Source of the DNA: Candidatus Sumerlaeia bacterium
GTDB taxonomy: Bacteria > Sumerlaeota > Sumerlaeia > SLMS01 > JANRJK01
Direction: 5' to 3'
Length of the DNA: 64,000 nt
NCBI GenBank assembly: GCA_033764015.1
Contig: JANRJK010000013.1
Span: 96,001 to 160,000, forward strand
Shown: piece by piece, positions 38,176 to 48,590 of the stretch
How the letters are laid out: the number at the start of each line of letters is the position of its first letter
Position numbering within the stretch: the first letter of the stretch is position 1
Program-made: the position numbers and the translations under genes
Notes under the pieces: generated by a model
What the model was told of the DNA's origin: nothing
Databases searched by the model: none
What the model saw: only the letters and a program-made list of their open reading frames with translations

Positions 38176-38888
38176 CCACCACCCCGGATCTCCGCCAGGC
38201 ACTCCGCAAGCATCGCCCGCGGCCCGGGCCCCTCGAAGGCGCGCGGCTCCTCGTCGAAGAACGCCACACCCGCGAAGCTGCGGCGGTGCAGCGCGGTCGT
38301 CCCGTGCCGGGCGATGGCCTCGTAGTGCGCCAGCACCGGGTAGCCTTTGTTGCGCTTCCAGCCGTACTCGGGGAACGCCGCGTGGTAGCGGAGCATCATG
38401 GCGTCGCGGGCGCACTTCGCGAGGATGCTCGCGGCGGCGATGCTGGCGCAGCGCGCGTCGCCCTTCACCAGCGCTAGGCATGGCAGCCGCGCGGAGGGCA
38501 GCTCGAGCGCGTCCGTCACCAACGCCCCCGGCGCCGGCGACAGCGCCGCCACGGCGCGGCAGGCCGCGAGCTTGGTCGCCGCGAGGATGTTCAGCGCGTC
38601 GATCTCCTCCGGCGTCGCGAGCGCGACCGCCCACGCCGCGGCGGTGCGCGTGACGGCGCGGAAGAGTTCGAGCCGCCGCGCCTCGGTGAGCCGCTTCGAG
38701 TCGTCGACTCCCTTGGGCGCCCGGCCGTCGAACACCACCGCGGCGGCGACCACGGGCCCCGCGAGGGGGCCGCGGCCCGCCTCGTCGACGCCCGCCACCA
38801 GCGCGGCGCCCGCCTTGCGCGCGAAGGCGAGCTCGATCCGCCGGCCGGGGAGCGCGCGCTTCGGGGTCTTTTCGCTTTCGCCTTCCAT
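38172..38888 (-). CDS. rnhB: Ribonuclease HII
   Basis: AGVDEAGRGPLAGPVVAAAV, DDSKRL, KGD..SIAAASILAK, NKGY and HRRSF. Confidence 0.96.
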   Translation of the reverse strand: MEGESEKTPKRALPGRRIELAFARKAGAALVAGVDEAGRGPLAGPVVAAAVVFDGRAPKGVDDSKRLTEARRLELFRAVTRTAAAWAVALATPEEIDALNILAATKLAACRAVAALSPAPGALVTDALELPSARLPCLALVKGDARCASIAAASILAKCARDAMMLRYHAAFPEYGWKRNKGYPVLAHYEAIARHGTTALHRRSFAGVAFFDEEPRAFEGPGPRAMLAECLAEIRGGG

Positions 38889-38920
38889 TTGCCGTTGACG
38901 TTCCTCCGCGCCCCGCGCTT

Positions 38921-38937
38921 GTCTTCGCCTAGTCTTC
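38921..38937 (+). promoter_or_regulatory. Candidate LexA operator, direct repeat GTCTTC-N5-GTCTTC (CTTC-N7-CTTC)
   Basis: Lies 27 bp upstream of the lexA ATG and has the geometry of the GTTC-N7-GTTC SOS box. Confidence 0.45.
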
Positions 38938-38964
38938 ACTACGTCCCCGAAAGGTCCGGCGCCC

Positions 38965-39603
38965 ATGTACGTCACCAAGCGGCAGCGCGAAATCTACGAG
39001 TTCATCCGCGTCTTCATCGAGGAGCACCAGTACTCGCCCTCCCTCGAGGAGATCGCCCGCGGCATGGACCTCAGCTCCCTCGCGACGGTCCATAAGCACC
39101 TGACGAACCTCGCGGAGAAGGGCCTCATCACCCGCCACTGGAACCGCGGTCGCGGTATCGAGCTCGCCTCCGGCCTCGAGAAGCCCGAGCTGGTTCACAT
39201 GAGCATCGAAGCCTGCTACGCGCTCCCGATCAAGGGCACTGTGGCGGCGGGCCAGCCGCTCGAAGCGTACGAGCAGGACGAGGAGCGGCTCTCCGTCCCC
39301 GCCGACCTGATCCACAACGCCTCCGAAAGCTTCGTCCTGCTGGTGCGCGGCGATTCGATGATCGAGGACGGCATCCACGAGGGCGACTTCATCGTCTGCG
39401 AACGCCGCAAGGAGGCGCGCAACGGCCAAGTGGTCGTCGCCCTCGTCAACGGCTGCGAGACCACGGTGAAGCGCCTCTACAAGGAGGGCAAGTTCGTGCG
39501 GCTCCAGCCGGCGAACAGCTCCATGGCCCCGATCATGGTGCACGCGAAGGACTGCGAGGTGCAGGGCATCGTGGTGGGGCTGATCCGCAAGTACGCCCAC
39601 TGA
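38965..39603 (+). CDS. lexA: SOS transcriptional repressor LexA
   Basis: TKRQ..YSPSLEEIA..SSLATVHKHL wHTH, VAAG cleavage site, VRGDSM Ser and TVKR Lys. Confidence 0.96.
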   Translation: MYVTKRQREIYEFIRVFIEEHQYSPSLEEIARGMDLSSLATVHKHLTNLAEKGLITRHWNRGRGIELASGLEKPELVHMSIEACYALPIKGTVAAGQPLEAYEQDEERLSVPADLIHNASESFVLLVRGDSMIEDGIHEGDFIVCERRKEARNGQVVVALVNGCETTVKRLYKEGKFVRLQPANSSMAPIMVHAKDCEVQGIVVGLIRKYAH

Positions 39604-39680
39604 TCCGCGGGGATTTTACCACTTAGAAGTGAACCGGCGGCCCCCCTTGGTCCGCCGGCGCAGCCCGGGGCGTCCAGCCG

Positions 39681-39714
39681 CCTTCCCCTGTCACCCGGCG
39701 GTGACAGGGGAAGG
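39681..39714. terminator. Hairpin between convergent lexA and pilin-like genes (possible bidirectional terminator)
   Basis: 15-bp perfect stem CCTTCCCCTGTCACC/GGTGACAGGGGAAGG with no clear U tract. Confidence 0.55.
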
Positions 39715-39733
39715 TGTAACCGGCTGCACAACT

Positions 39734-40345
39734 TCAGTCGTCCCGATGCAGTTCAAGGTCGCCGCCCGAACGGACGATGTCTCCGCTCGCCACAGTGCCG
39801 TTCGTCGGGTCGTACACGCCGTTGCCGAGGAACGCCGTGTCGTTGTCGGCGGGATCGTCCACCAAGTCGAAATCGAGGTCCGGCCCCATCGACCGCAGCA
39901 CCCATCCGCCGCGCCCGTCCACCAGCCGGCTGCCCTGCGGGACGTACTGGTTCGTGAACACGAAGTAGCGCGGGAAGGGGCCCACTTGCGGCTGGTAGTT
40001 CTTCTCGGGGTTCGGCGAGGTGACCGGCTGCGCCTCCTGGAAGGCGTCCGGCGGGAGGCTGACGATGTAGGCGATCGGCGTCGTGAGCAGCTTCACCTGC
40101 TGCCCCTCCGCGAGCGTCTCGCCCCCCAGCCCGACCGGCACCCAGTAGGGCATGTAGCGGCCTTGGTCCACCATGTAGGACTCTACCGCGGTGGCGAGCG
40201 ACCGCAGGTCGGCCTTCGCACGGGAGACCTTCGAGCGCATCTGCGCCTCGAGAAGGTTCGGCAGCCCGATGGCCGCCAGGATGGCGATGATCGCCACAAC
40301 AACAAGCAGTTCGATCAGGGTGAATGCGGTGGAACGCCGGATCAT
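39734..40345 (-). CDS. Prepilin-type N-terminal cleavage/methylation protein (GspG-like pseudopilin)
   Basis: A|FTLIELLVVVAIIAILAAI, LEAQMRSKVSRAKADLRS, LTTPIAY, SMGPD and YDPTNGT..GDI. Confidence 0.88.
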   Translation of the reverse strand: MIRRSTAFTLIELLVVVAIIAILAAIGLPNLLEAQMRSKVSRAKADLRSLATAVESYMVDQGRYMPYWVPVGLGGETLAEGQQVKLLTTPIAYIVSLPPDAFQEAQPVTSPNPEKNYQPQVGPFPRYFVFTNQYVPQGSRLVDGRGGWVLRSMGPDLDFDLVDDPADNDTAFLGNGVYDPTNGTVASGDIVRSGGDLELHRDD

Positions 40346-40588
40346 CGTCGGGGAGCTCCTTGCTAATGGTATCGAGGATCGGCTCCTACCCATTGGCGAG
40401 ATACGGACCACTCCGCGACTCCTCTTTCGCATGCATTGACAAGCGGACTACTGAGAAATCGACGGGAAAAGCCGGAGAGGGTAATCCGGTTGACTACTCC
40501 CACGCCGGGCTCCGACCCTTCAGTCCTTCCGAATCTCCCCGGTCGGGATCGACCGGGAACGAAACCACCCCCTTCAAGGAGCCATGAC

Positions 40589-43504
40589 GTGGCGAACCGA
40601 CGGAGGCGCCTGCTGGGCGCGATCCTTATGTTGACCGCGGCGGTTGCCGCAAACCAAGCGGGGGCCCAGGCTCCCCTGAACGACGACTGCGCCAATGCGG
40701 CCCCCGTGACTTTCGGGTCCTTCTCATTCGGTGTGACCACCGAGGCCACCGTCGACATGGTGGACGATTGCGACGGCGGCTCGCCGTCGCAGGGTGGCAT
40801 CTGGTACACCTTCACCACGGCCTCCGCGACGAGGGTCCTCGTCACCACCTGCGATCCCTCAACCAACTTCGACACCGAGATCAGCGTCTACGAGGGCGGT
40901 TGCGGGTTGCTGAGTTGCGTGGCCTATGACGATAACGGTTGCGACGACGTGGAAGGCGCGAGCCGCGTCGAATTCGACGCCACCGCCGCGACCACCTACC
41001 TGGTTCTTGTCCACGGCACGGAGACTGGGGAGTTCATCCTCTCGGTGTCCGACGAGCAGCTCACCGCCTGCGACCCGACCGGGATGATGGTTTGCGGCGG
41101 CGGGACAGTCTCCGGAAACACTTTCGGCCAGCCGATCAACTACTTCGACTGCGACGATGCGGACACCTTCTCGTCCGCGTTTTGGTACACCTTCACGGGC
41201 ACGGGGGAGCCGATCCGGGTGTCGACATGCAATCCGGGCACCGACTACGACACGCGGCTCGCCGTGTACGAGGCGACGAACTGCGCTATGCCCATCTGCG
41301 TCGCCGAGAACGACGACGCAGACTGCGGGATCGAGGGCCTCGGCAGCGAGATACTCTTCCCCAGCGAGCTGGGCACGGAATACTACATCGCCGTCTACGG
41401 TTTCGACGGCGACACCGGCAACTTCGAACTCAGCCTCGAATGCGGCGTCGAGCCTCCCACCGGGGGCGCGGACCCCTGCGACGCCATCGGCATCTCCTGC
41501 GGCGACAGCTTTACCGGCAACAACTTGGACAGCGACCCCAACTTCATCAGTTGCTTCGAGTCCGACTTCGAGGATGTCGGCGCGGTCTGGTTCGAGTTCC
41601 AAGGCACCGGCGCCCCGGTGACGTTCTCCACCTGCTCGCAGTTCACAAACTTCGACACCGTGATCACCGTCTTCGACGGCAATTGCGAAGAGCTTTCGTG
41701 CGTGGACTTCAGCGACGACAGCGATTGCTCCGGCCCCGAAGGCGTCCAGAGCGAGGTGACGATCTTCACGGAGGACGATGCAACGTACTACATCGCGATC
41801 CATGGAGCCAACTCCGAGGAAGGCGGAAACTTCGAGTTGACCGTCTCGTGCGACGGCCCTCCCCCTCCCGGTCCCGGCGAAGTCTGCGGGACGGCGCTTC
41901 CGATCGCATGCGACAGCTTCGTCAGCGGCAATACCGAAAACGGTCTCCCCGCCGCGTTCGACTGCGGCGGTGAAGAGTGGGCCGAGATCCCCCGTTGGTA
42001 CACTTTCGTCGGCGACGGCCAGGTGGCGACGCTTAGCACCTGCCATCCCGACACCGACTTCGACACAGTAATCAGCGTCTTCACCGGCGACTGCGGCGAG
42101 CCACTCTGTATCGACAGCAACAATGACGCGGGCGAGTGCGGCGATAGTCCCGGCGCGAGCGAGTTCTCCTTCCAGACCAACGCCGGGGAGACCTACTTCG
42201 TAGCCGTCTACGGCGCCGGCCTGGCCGGCGAATTCGAGGAGTACGGCACCTTCAGCCTCACGCTCACCTGCGGCGACCCGGAGCCGACGAACGACATCGG
42301 CGGGATCGCATACGTCGACTCCGCATTCTTCCAGGACTCGCTGCTCTACGAGAGCCCGGCGGTTCCGGGCGAGGGGGGCAACTTCCTCATCGCGGGCCGT
42401 ACGGTGGAGGTCGGCGACGACGGCCGCAACCTGCAGCAGCGCGGCATCTTCGGCTACCCGATGGCGATCGGCGGCGCCGAGGCGGTGGACGCCTCGCTCC
42501 GGCTTACCGTCGAGCAGTACGTCGGCGACGTCTCGTCGCTGGGCGACCTGGTCATCGAGCTCGCAAACCCGTTCTACGGTTCCGCCGCGGGCTGGGAGCG
42601 CCAGGACTTCCAGTCGCCGCCCACCTTCACCCCGGCGGCCACGGTGCCGAACGATGTCCTGCTCGGCGCGCGCCCGGGCGACGCCCTCTGGGTGCCGCTC
42701 GACCCCGCCGCGTTCGCGAGCATCCCCCTGAACGGCAACGTGCAGTTCCGGTTCCGCTTCGCGAATCCGACCAACGGCAATAACCGGATCGACCTTGTTC
42801 GGTTCGGAGCTGGCGGCCACTCGAACGGCAACCGGCAGGTGCGCTCCGACCTGGTCGTCACCTACACGCTTCCGACGCAGGACGGCTGCGGCCAGAACCC
42901 GCGCGCCGGTGGCCGGCCCTTCGAACTCGATCCGATCTTCAGCAACCCCGTGCAGGACGGCTTCGTGGTCGAACACGCGGCGATCTACTACGTCGGCAGC
43001 CTCAGCGACAACGCGAACACCTCGACCCGCTTCGGCGACCTCGCCGACGGCAAGCAGGTGAAGGCGATCCTCGCGTTCGACACCTCCGTCATGAACACGT
43101 ATCCGGGCGCGGAGATCACCTCCGCCTCGCTCTGCGTGACCCGTCGCTCCGTGGAGGGCGATCCCGGTTCCCTCGGCTCCGTGCAGCTCGAGATGGTGTG
43201 CCCGAACCAGGCGTACAACTTCGGCCCCTCGGTCAACATCGACCGCGAGGACTTCGAAGCCTACGCGTGGATCGCGAACGCCGGGCTCGGCGATCTGCAG
43301 TTGCCGGAGTCGGACGGCGACCAGGTCTGCTGGCCGCTCACCGCGGAGGGCCTCGCCGCCATCCAGCGCCTCGGCCACACGCAGTTCCGCCTCGTGTTCG
43401 AATCGCCGGACAACGGCGACACCGAGCAGGACGTGATCAACATCTACTCGGGCAACGCCCGCGGCGACGTCCGTCCGCAGCTACTGCTCGAGATCGCCCA
43501 GTAA
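40589..43504 (+). CDS. Large secreted acidic Cys-rich protein with four tandem ~130-aa repeats and two C-terminal beta-rich domains
   Basis: AAGGAG RBS, GTG start and signal peptide; repeated WYxF..STC..TxFDT.IxVxxGxC..C...DD..C..YYIAVxG..GxFxL..C. Confidence 0.8.
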   Translation: MANRRRRLLGAILMLTAAVAANQAGAQAPLNDDCANAAPVTFGSFSFGVTTEATVDMVDDCDGGSPSQGGIWYTFTTASATRVLVTTCDPSTNFDTEISVYEGGCGLLSCVAYDDNGCDDVEGASRVEFDATAATTYLVLVHGTETGEFILSVSDEQLTACDPTGMMVCGGGTVSGNTFGQPINYFDCDDADTFSSAFWYTFTGTGEPIRVSTCNPGTDYDTRLAVYEATNCAMPICVAENDDADCGIEGLGSEILFPSELGTEYYIAVYGFDGDTGNFELSLECGVEPPTGGADPCDAIGISCGDSFTGNNLDSDPNFISCFESDFEDVGAVWFEFQGTGAPVTFSTCSQFTNFDTVITVFDGNCEELSCVDFSDDSDCSGPEGVQSEVTIFTEDDATYYIAIHGANSEEGGNFELTVSCDGPPPPGPGEVCGTALPIACDSFVSGNTENGLPAAFDCGGEEWAEIPRWYTFVGDGQVATLSTCHPDTDFDTVISVFTGDCGEPLCIDSNNDAGECGDSPGASEFSFQTNAGETYFVAVYGAGLAGEFEEYGTFSLTLTCGDPEPTNDIGGIAYVDSAFFQDSLLYESPAVPGEGGNFLIAGRTVEVGDDGRNLQQRGIFGYPMAIGGAEAVDASLRLTVEQYVGDVSSLGDLVIELANPFYGSAAGWERQDFQSPPTFTPAATVPNDVLLGARPGDALWVPLDPAAFASIPLNGNVQFRFRFANPTNGNNRIDLVRFGAGGHSNGNRQVRSDLVVTYTLPTQDGCGQNPRAGGRPFELDPIFSNPVQDGFVVEHAAIYYVGSLSDNANTSTRFGDLADGKQVKAILAFDTSVMNTYPGAEITSASLCVTRRSVEGDPGSLGSVQLEMVCPNQAYNFGPSVNIDREDFEAYAWIANAGLGDLQLPESDGDQVCWPLTAEGLAAIQRLGHTQFRLVFESPDNGDTEQDVINIYSGNARGDVRPQLLLEIAQ

Positions 43505-43536
43505 CGACCCCCCGCCCACAGGCGAGGGCAAAGAGA

Positions 43537-43574
43537 GCGGGCCGGGGGAGCGATCCCCCGGCCCGCCGCTTTTC
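43537..43574 (+). terminator. Intrinsic terminator
   Basis: 13-bp stem GCGGGCCGGGGGA-GCGA-TCCCCCGGCCCGC followed by CGCTTTTC. Confidence 0.7.
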
Positions 43575-43609
43575 GTGCATCAACCCTTACCGCCCCCGGG
43601 GCCCGCGGA

Positions 43610-45016
43610 TCAGAACTCCGCGTTGCCGGGCGTGCGGGGGAACGGGATCACGTCGCGGATGTTCGCCATGCCGGTCGAGAACTGGATCAGGCGCTCGAAG
43701 CCGAGGCCGAACCCGGCGTGCGGCACGGAGCCGTAGCGGCGCAGGTCGAGGTACCACCAGTAGTCGGCGGGCTCCATGCCGAGTTCGCGGATGCGGCCTT
43801 CCAGGACGTCGAGGCGCTCCTCGCGCTGGCTCCCGCCGATGATCTCGCCGATCTTCGGCACCAGCACGTCCATCGCGGCGACCGTCCTGCCGTCCTCGTT
43901 CTGCCGCATGTAGAACGCCTTGATGTCGCGCGGGTAGTCGGTCACGATGAGCGGCTTGCGCACGTGCTTCTCGGTGAGCCAGCGCTCGTGCTCGCTCTGC
44001 AGGTTCACGCCCCACTCGACCGGGTACTCGAACTTCTCGCCGGAAGCGAGGAGCGTCTTCACCGCCTCGGTGTAGGTCATGTGCTCGAACGGCTGCTCGA
44101 CGACGTGTGTGAGCGTTTCGATGACCGTGGGCTCGATGCGCTGCTTGAAGAAGGCGAGGTCCTCGCCGCAGTCGTCGAGCACGGTCTTGAAGAGGTGCTT
44201 GAGGAACTCCTCCGCGAGGGCCATGTCGTCGCGGAGGTCGGCGAAGACGAGCTCCGGTTCGATCATCCAGAACTCGGCGAGGTGCCGCGCCGTGTTGGAG
44301 TTCTCCGCGCGGAACGTGGGGCCGAAGGTGTACACGTCGCCGAGGGCGCAGGCGTAGGTCTCGACGTTGAGCTGCCCCGAGACCGTGAGGCGCGCGTGGC
44401 GCCCGAAGAAGTCCTGCGAGAAGTCGACATCCTTCGCCTGGGTGAGCGGCGGCGACTTCAGGTCGAGCTTCGTCACGGTGAACATCTCGCCGGCGCCTTC
44501 GCAGTCGGACGCGGTGACGATCGGCGTGTGGATGTAGTAGAAGCCGCGGGCCTGGAAGAACTCGTGGATCGCGAAGGCGAGGCGGTTGCGGACGCGGGCC
44601 ACCGCGCCGAAGGTGTTGGTCCGCGCGCGGAGGTGGGCGATCTCGCGGAGGTACTCGAAGCTGGTCTGCTTCTTCTGGATCGGGTACTTCTCCGCGTCGA
44701 CGCCGCCGAGCAGGGCGAGCGACGCGGCGCGCACCTCGACGCGCTGCCCCTTCGCGGGCGATTCGACCAGGGTGCCGCGCACCTCGACGGAGCAACCGGT
44801 GGTCAGCGACCGCACGGTGTCCTCGTAGTTCGCGAGCCCGTCGTCGGCGATCACCTGGATGCTTGCGAAGCAGGAGCCGTCGTACACCTCGACGAAACTG
44901 AAGCGCTGCGCGTCGCCGGCCTTCGAATCGCGTCGGGTGCGGACCCAGCCGCGGACGGTGACGTCGGCGCCGACGGGGGTCTTGTGGAGCAGCTCGTGGA
45001 TGCGGGTCCTGGCCAT
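43610..45016 (-). CDS. asnS: Asparagine--tRNA ligase
   Basis: [55 protein letters not shown] and [11 protein letters not shown]. Confidence 0.97.
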   Translation of the reverse strand: MARTRIHELLHKTPVGADVTVRGWVRTRRDSKAGDAQRFSFVEVYDGSCFASIQVIADDGLANYEDTVRSLTTGCSVEVRGTLVESPAKGQRVEVRAASLALLGGVDAEKYPIQKKQTSFEYLREIAHLRARTNTFGAVARVRNRLAFAIHEFFQARGFYYIHTPIVTASDCEGAGEMFTVTKLDLKSPPLTQAKDVDFSQDFFGRHARLTVSGQLNVETYACALGDVYTFGPTFRAENSNTARHLAEFWMIEPELVFADLRDDMALAEEFLKHLFKTVLDDCGEDLAFFKQRIEPTVIETLTHVVEQPFEHMTYTEAVKTLLASGEKFEYPVEWGVNLQSEHERWLTEKHVRKPLIVTDYPRDIKAFYMRQNEDGRTVAAMDVLVPKIGEIIGGSQREERLDVLEGRIRELGMEPADYWWYLDLRRYGSVPHAGFGLGFERLIQFSTGMANIRDVIPFPRTPGNAEF

Positions 45017-45075
45017 GCGGTTCGCGGGTCCGGTTGTTGGGGAGTGGCCGCCGCGGCGTGCGGCGACCGCGACTT

Positions 45076-45933
45076 CTAAGGCCGTGCGGCGGTCCGGCGC
45101 AACAGCCGCGGCGCGAAGAGGCCGGTGACGAGCCGCGACCCGCTCTCCGCCAGCACCGCGGCGGCGGCGCTCCGCGCGCGCCAGCTCGCGGGCGCCATGG
45201 CGGCTAGTCCCGCCACGTAGTCCGGAGGTCCGGTGGCGCCGCCGGTCATCCCGGCCAGGGCCGCGTCGCGCTGCGCGCCGTAGCCGAGGCGCTCCGGGGC
45301 GCGCTCGCGCACCTCCGCGGAATCGTCCACGACCTGGAACGCCCGCCCCATGACGTGCATGAAGCAGTTGCAGGCGGTGCGGAAGCGCCCCTTCGCGACC
45401 GCCTGCGCCAGCGGGTCCTCGGGGTCCTCCGCGCTCGCTCCGAGGGCGGCGGGGTCGCCGTCGCGGATCGCCCGCAGGTCCGCGATGCGGTCCAGCAGCG
45501 CGCGCACCTCCTTGGCGAGGCGCCCGGCGTCCCCCGCGCCGGCGAGGCGCAAGGTGAACACCTTGGGCGAGACGAAGAAGTAGAGCTCGGACGCCTCCGG
45601 CGCGAGGCCCGCGCGCTCCGCTTGGCCCTGCACCTGTTCCAGCTCGTCGCCCCGGACGATGAGGGTGCCCTCGAACTCCGCCGCGCCCGGCTCGCCTCGG
45701 AAGCGGAAGCTGGAGCGGAGGTTGATGTAGGGTGGAAGCGCGACGCCGGCGGTGATGAGCGCCTCGTCCGGCCGTCGCCACAGGAAGAGGAGCGAGCCGT
45801 CCTCCTCCGCGGGCGCGGGGGGCAGCGCGATCGCCTTCGCGATCCGTTCGCGCTCCGCCGGATCGAGCGCCGGGGCCCTTCCGGCGAGGGCGAGCAGGGT
45901 GGCGCAGAGCACCAGCAGGAAGAGGGTTCGCAA
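45076..45933 (-). CDS. Secreted hypothetical protein
   Basis: AAGGGA RBS, TTG start and signal peptide [17 protein letters not shown]; contains CNCFMH. Confidence 0.55.
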   Translation of the reverse strand: MRTLFLLVLCATLLALAGRAPALDPAERERIAKAIALPPAPAEEDGSLLFLWRRPDEALITAGVALPPYINLRSSFRFRGEPGAAEFEGTLIVRGDELEQVQGQAERAGLAPEASELYFFVSPKVFTLRLAGAGDAGRLAKEVRALLDRIADLRAIRDGDPAALGASAEDPEDPLAQAVAKGRFRTACNCFMHVMGRAFQVVDDSAEVRERAPERLGYGAQRDAALAGMTGGATGPPDYVAGLAAMAPASWRARSAAAAVLAESGSRLVTGLFAPRLLRRTAARP

Positions 45934-46116
45934 CGTGTGGTTTCCCTTGGCCGGAAGCGGACCGGCGTCGCAGAGCATTTGGCAACCGGTGGGTACCGAA
46001 GGCCGAGGCGGCGGGGCAAACTTGCACCGACCGCTCGGTTGTCGGATCCAGTGACTCCCGCCCGCCCGGCCGGGTCGACGCCGACTTGCCCTCCATCCCA
46101 TACGCCCGAGCGCCCC

Positions 46117-47613
46117 ATGACCTTCTCCCGCCTCCGCACTCTCGCCGTCCTCGCCGCCGCCGCGGCGGCTTCCGCGCTGCTTCCCGCCCAAGTTCCGCAG
46201 CCGGACGGCTCGCTCATCATCGAGGCTAGCGGCACCACGACGTTTCGCTACCGCGAACCGAGCGGCTTCTGGGTCGACGGCACCATCGGCGGCACCGCGC
46301 AGGGCCTTTCCGGCGGATCCTCGCGCCTTCTCAAGCCGTTGGGCTCGACCTTCGACGGTAGCGCGGAGTTCCGCCCCATCATCCCCGTGTCCGGCACCTA
46401 CGACTTGCAGGTTTCCTGGCCGTCCGACGCCAACGCGGCGCAGGTGAAGGTCACCGTCGCGGGTATCCCGGGCGCAGAAGCACCGCTGTTGGACCTTGAG
46501 CCGGCTTCCGTCGAGGGCTCCCGCGCGAACACCTGGGTCTCCATCGGCACCTACCCGGTGCCGCAGGGCGAGTCGGTGGCGATCATCATCGATCCCACCA
46601 CCTCGACCGGCCCCGTCGACGCGCAGCGCCCGCACCAGGTCGCCTTCTCCGGCGTACGATTCTTCCCCCGCGGGGAAGGCGGCGTCGAGCGCGTCATCCC
46701 GTCCGACGCGCAGGCGGCAAACCCTTTCAACCGTCCGGCGGGAACCCCCGCGCCGACACCGGCACCGACCCCCGTGCCGACCCCGCTGCCGAACCGCGCC
46801 CCCGTTCCCGAGGGCACGCCCGCCGCCGAGGAGATCCTCGCGGATCCCTTCGGCGTTTCCACCGGCAACCAGGCCCCGCGGCCCACGCCAGAGTCGACGC
46901 CCGCCCCCACCCCGGCACCGACCGCCGCGCCCCCCGCCGGCGACATGCCCGCGGACCCGTTCTCCGCCTCCGCGCTCCCCGCCGGCAGTGGAACCCCCGG
47001 CGGTCGGACAGGCCTCTTCGGTTCCCAGCCCGGCTTCGCGCCCGCCGGCACCGGTGCGTCCGCCCCGGGAACGAGCAGCGGCGTCGCCAACCCGTTCGAA
47101 AGCGCCGTGACTCCAGCGCCGACTCCAGCGCCGGTGGTGGCCGAACTGGCCAACCCCTTCGACGACGCGGAAGCCGAGCCCGCCCCCGCTCCTGAGCGCT
47201 CCGAGCCGTCCGCCGCGGCCGCCGCCCAGCCCCGAGTCATCGTCGTGCCCAGCGTCATCGTCGAAGAGGCCGAGGCGCCCAGCTTCGCCAACCAGGCCGC
47301 GGACCTCGACGAGGGGCTGAAGCGCGCCGCCGCGGAAGGCAAGGTGGTCGCCCTGATCTTCTGGTCCGACACCGCCGCCAGCCGCACCTTCCAAGCCGCC
47401 GTCCTCGAGGACGACGCCGTGAAGTCGGAACTCTCGCAGGTGATCCCGGTGGTGGTCGACACGCGCGACAACCGCGCGCTGACGGACCGCTTCGCGGTGA
47501 AGCGCGCGCCCTACGTCGTGGTGCTCGACAAGAACGGCTTCGCCAAGACGCACATCAGCGAGAACCGCAGCCCCTCGCGCTTCGCGCGCGCGCTGTCGAA
47601 AGCCCGGTTGTAA
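46117..47613 (+). CDS. Secreted protein: golvesin/CBM-like domain, Pro-rich NPF/DPF linker and thioredoxin-like domain without CxxC
   Basis: Signal peptide; [21 protein letters not shown]-terminal [33 protein letters not shown]. Confidence 0.65.
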   Translation: MTFSRLRTLAVLAAAAAASALLPAQVPQPDGSLIIEASGTTTFRYREPSGFWVDGTIGGTAQGLSGGSSRLLKPLGSTFDGSAEFRPIIPVSGTYDLQVSWPSDANAAQVKVTVAGIPGAEAPLLDLEPASVEGSRANTWVSIGTYPVPQGESVAIIIDPTTSTGPVDAQRPHQVAFSGVRFFPRGEGGVERVIPSDAQAANPFNRPAGTPAPTPAPTPVPTPLPNRAPVPEGTPAAEEILADPFGVSTGNQAPRPTPESTPAPTPAPTAAPPAGDMPADPFSASALPAGSGTPGGRTGLFGSQPGFAPAGTGASAPGTSSGVANPFESAVTPAPTPAPVVAELANPFDDAEAEPAPAPERSEPSAAAAAQPRVIVVPSVIVEEAEAPSFANQAADLDEGLKRAAAEGKVVALIFWSDTAASRTFQAAVLEDDAVKSELSQVIPVVVDTRDNRALTDRFAVKRAPYVVVLDKNGFAKTHISENRSPSRFARALSKARL

Positions 47614-47644
47614 CCCGGCACCTTCCACGCTAGCCTCGGGGGCG

Positions 47645-48571
47645 GTGGACCGGATGGTCCGCCGCCCCCATCGTTTTCCGGAGCGCCCCCAGCCCGTGGA
47701 CCAGCCCAGCGCGCCGAAGCCCGACAAGCACCTCGCCACCTTCGCCGCGATGCTCGAGGTGCCCGGGCTCCTCGCCGACATCTTCCCGCCGGCGCTGCAG
47801 ATCACCGCCATCGTGATCCCCGCGCAGCCCACCGGCTGGCTGTCGCTCTGGCAGTCCCGCCTGGACCGCCTCGTCGGCGAGGTCGGCGCGCAGCTTCCCG
47901 CGCACGACGACGAGTCGGCGGCGGAGCGCTTCGCCCGCTTCGGGCGCCACCTCTTCCAGGAGCGCGGCTTCTCCGGCAACCTCGCCGCCTACGCGGACCC
48001 GCGGAACAGTTGCCTGACGGAGGTGCTGGAGCGGCGCCTCGGCATTCCGATCACGCTCTCCGTGCTCGCCATCGCCATCGGGCGGCGCCTCGGCATGAAG
48101 GTCCACGGCGTCGCCGCCCCCGGCCACTTCCTCACCGCGCTCGAAGTCGAGCCCGGCCGCCGCGTCTTCATGGATCCCTTCAACCGCGGCCAGCTCGTCC
48201 ACCTGGACGAGGCGCGCGAACGCGTCCGCGCCTACGCCGGCAACGTCGACCTCGACGTGTGCGACCACTTCCTGCGCCCCGCCAGCCCCCGCGACATCCT
48301 CGCCCGCATGCTCCAGAACCTGAAGAACTCCTACGCGCTCCAGGAGGACATGGAGGGGCTCCTGCGCACGCTCGACTGGCTCCTCGTGGTGCAGCCCGCG
48401 AACGTGGCCGAGATCCGCAACCGCGGCCTCCTACTCCTCCGCATGGGCGACTTCGCCCGCGCGGTCCGCGACCTCGCCTTCTACATCCACCACGCCCCGG
48501 AGGCGGACGACTCGGAACTGATCCGAGCCGAACTCCGCCGCGCGATGACCGCGAAGGCCCGGAACAACTAG
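47645..48571 (+). CDS. SirB1 / transglutaminase-like family protein with C-terminal TPR
   Basis: GFSGN..Y.DPRNSCL..VLERRLGIPITLS, PGHFL, DPFNRG and ILARMLQNLK; start uncertain. Confidence 0.88.
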   Translation: MDRMVRRPHRFPERPQPVDQPSAPKPDKHLATFAAMLEVPGLLADIFPPALQITAIVIPAQPTGWLSLWQSRLDRLVGEVGAQLPAHDDESAAERFARFGRHLFQERGFSGNLAAYADPRNSCLTEVLERRLGIPITLSVLAIAIGRRLGMKVHGVAAPGHFLTALEVEPGRRVFMDPFNRGQLVHLDEARERVRAYAGNVDLDVCDHFLRPASPRDILARMLQNLKNSYALQEDMEGLLRTLDWLLVVQPANVAEIRNRGLLLLRMGDFARAVRDLAFYIHHAPEADDSELIRAELRRAMTAKARNN

Positions 48572-48590
48572 CCGGTCCCGCCGGCCGGGC

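Noticed and set aside
43610..47979. Apparent N-terminal extensions or fusions of asnS (828 aa) and the 967-aa ORF; similar cases for tsaB, pulA, coaBC and mlaF
   Set aside because: The extensions overlap genuine neighbouring genes in other frames, and downstream starts with RBS or stop/start overlaps give normal lengths.
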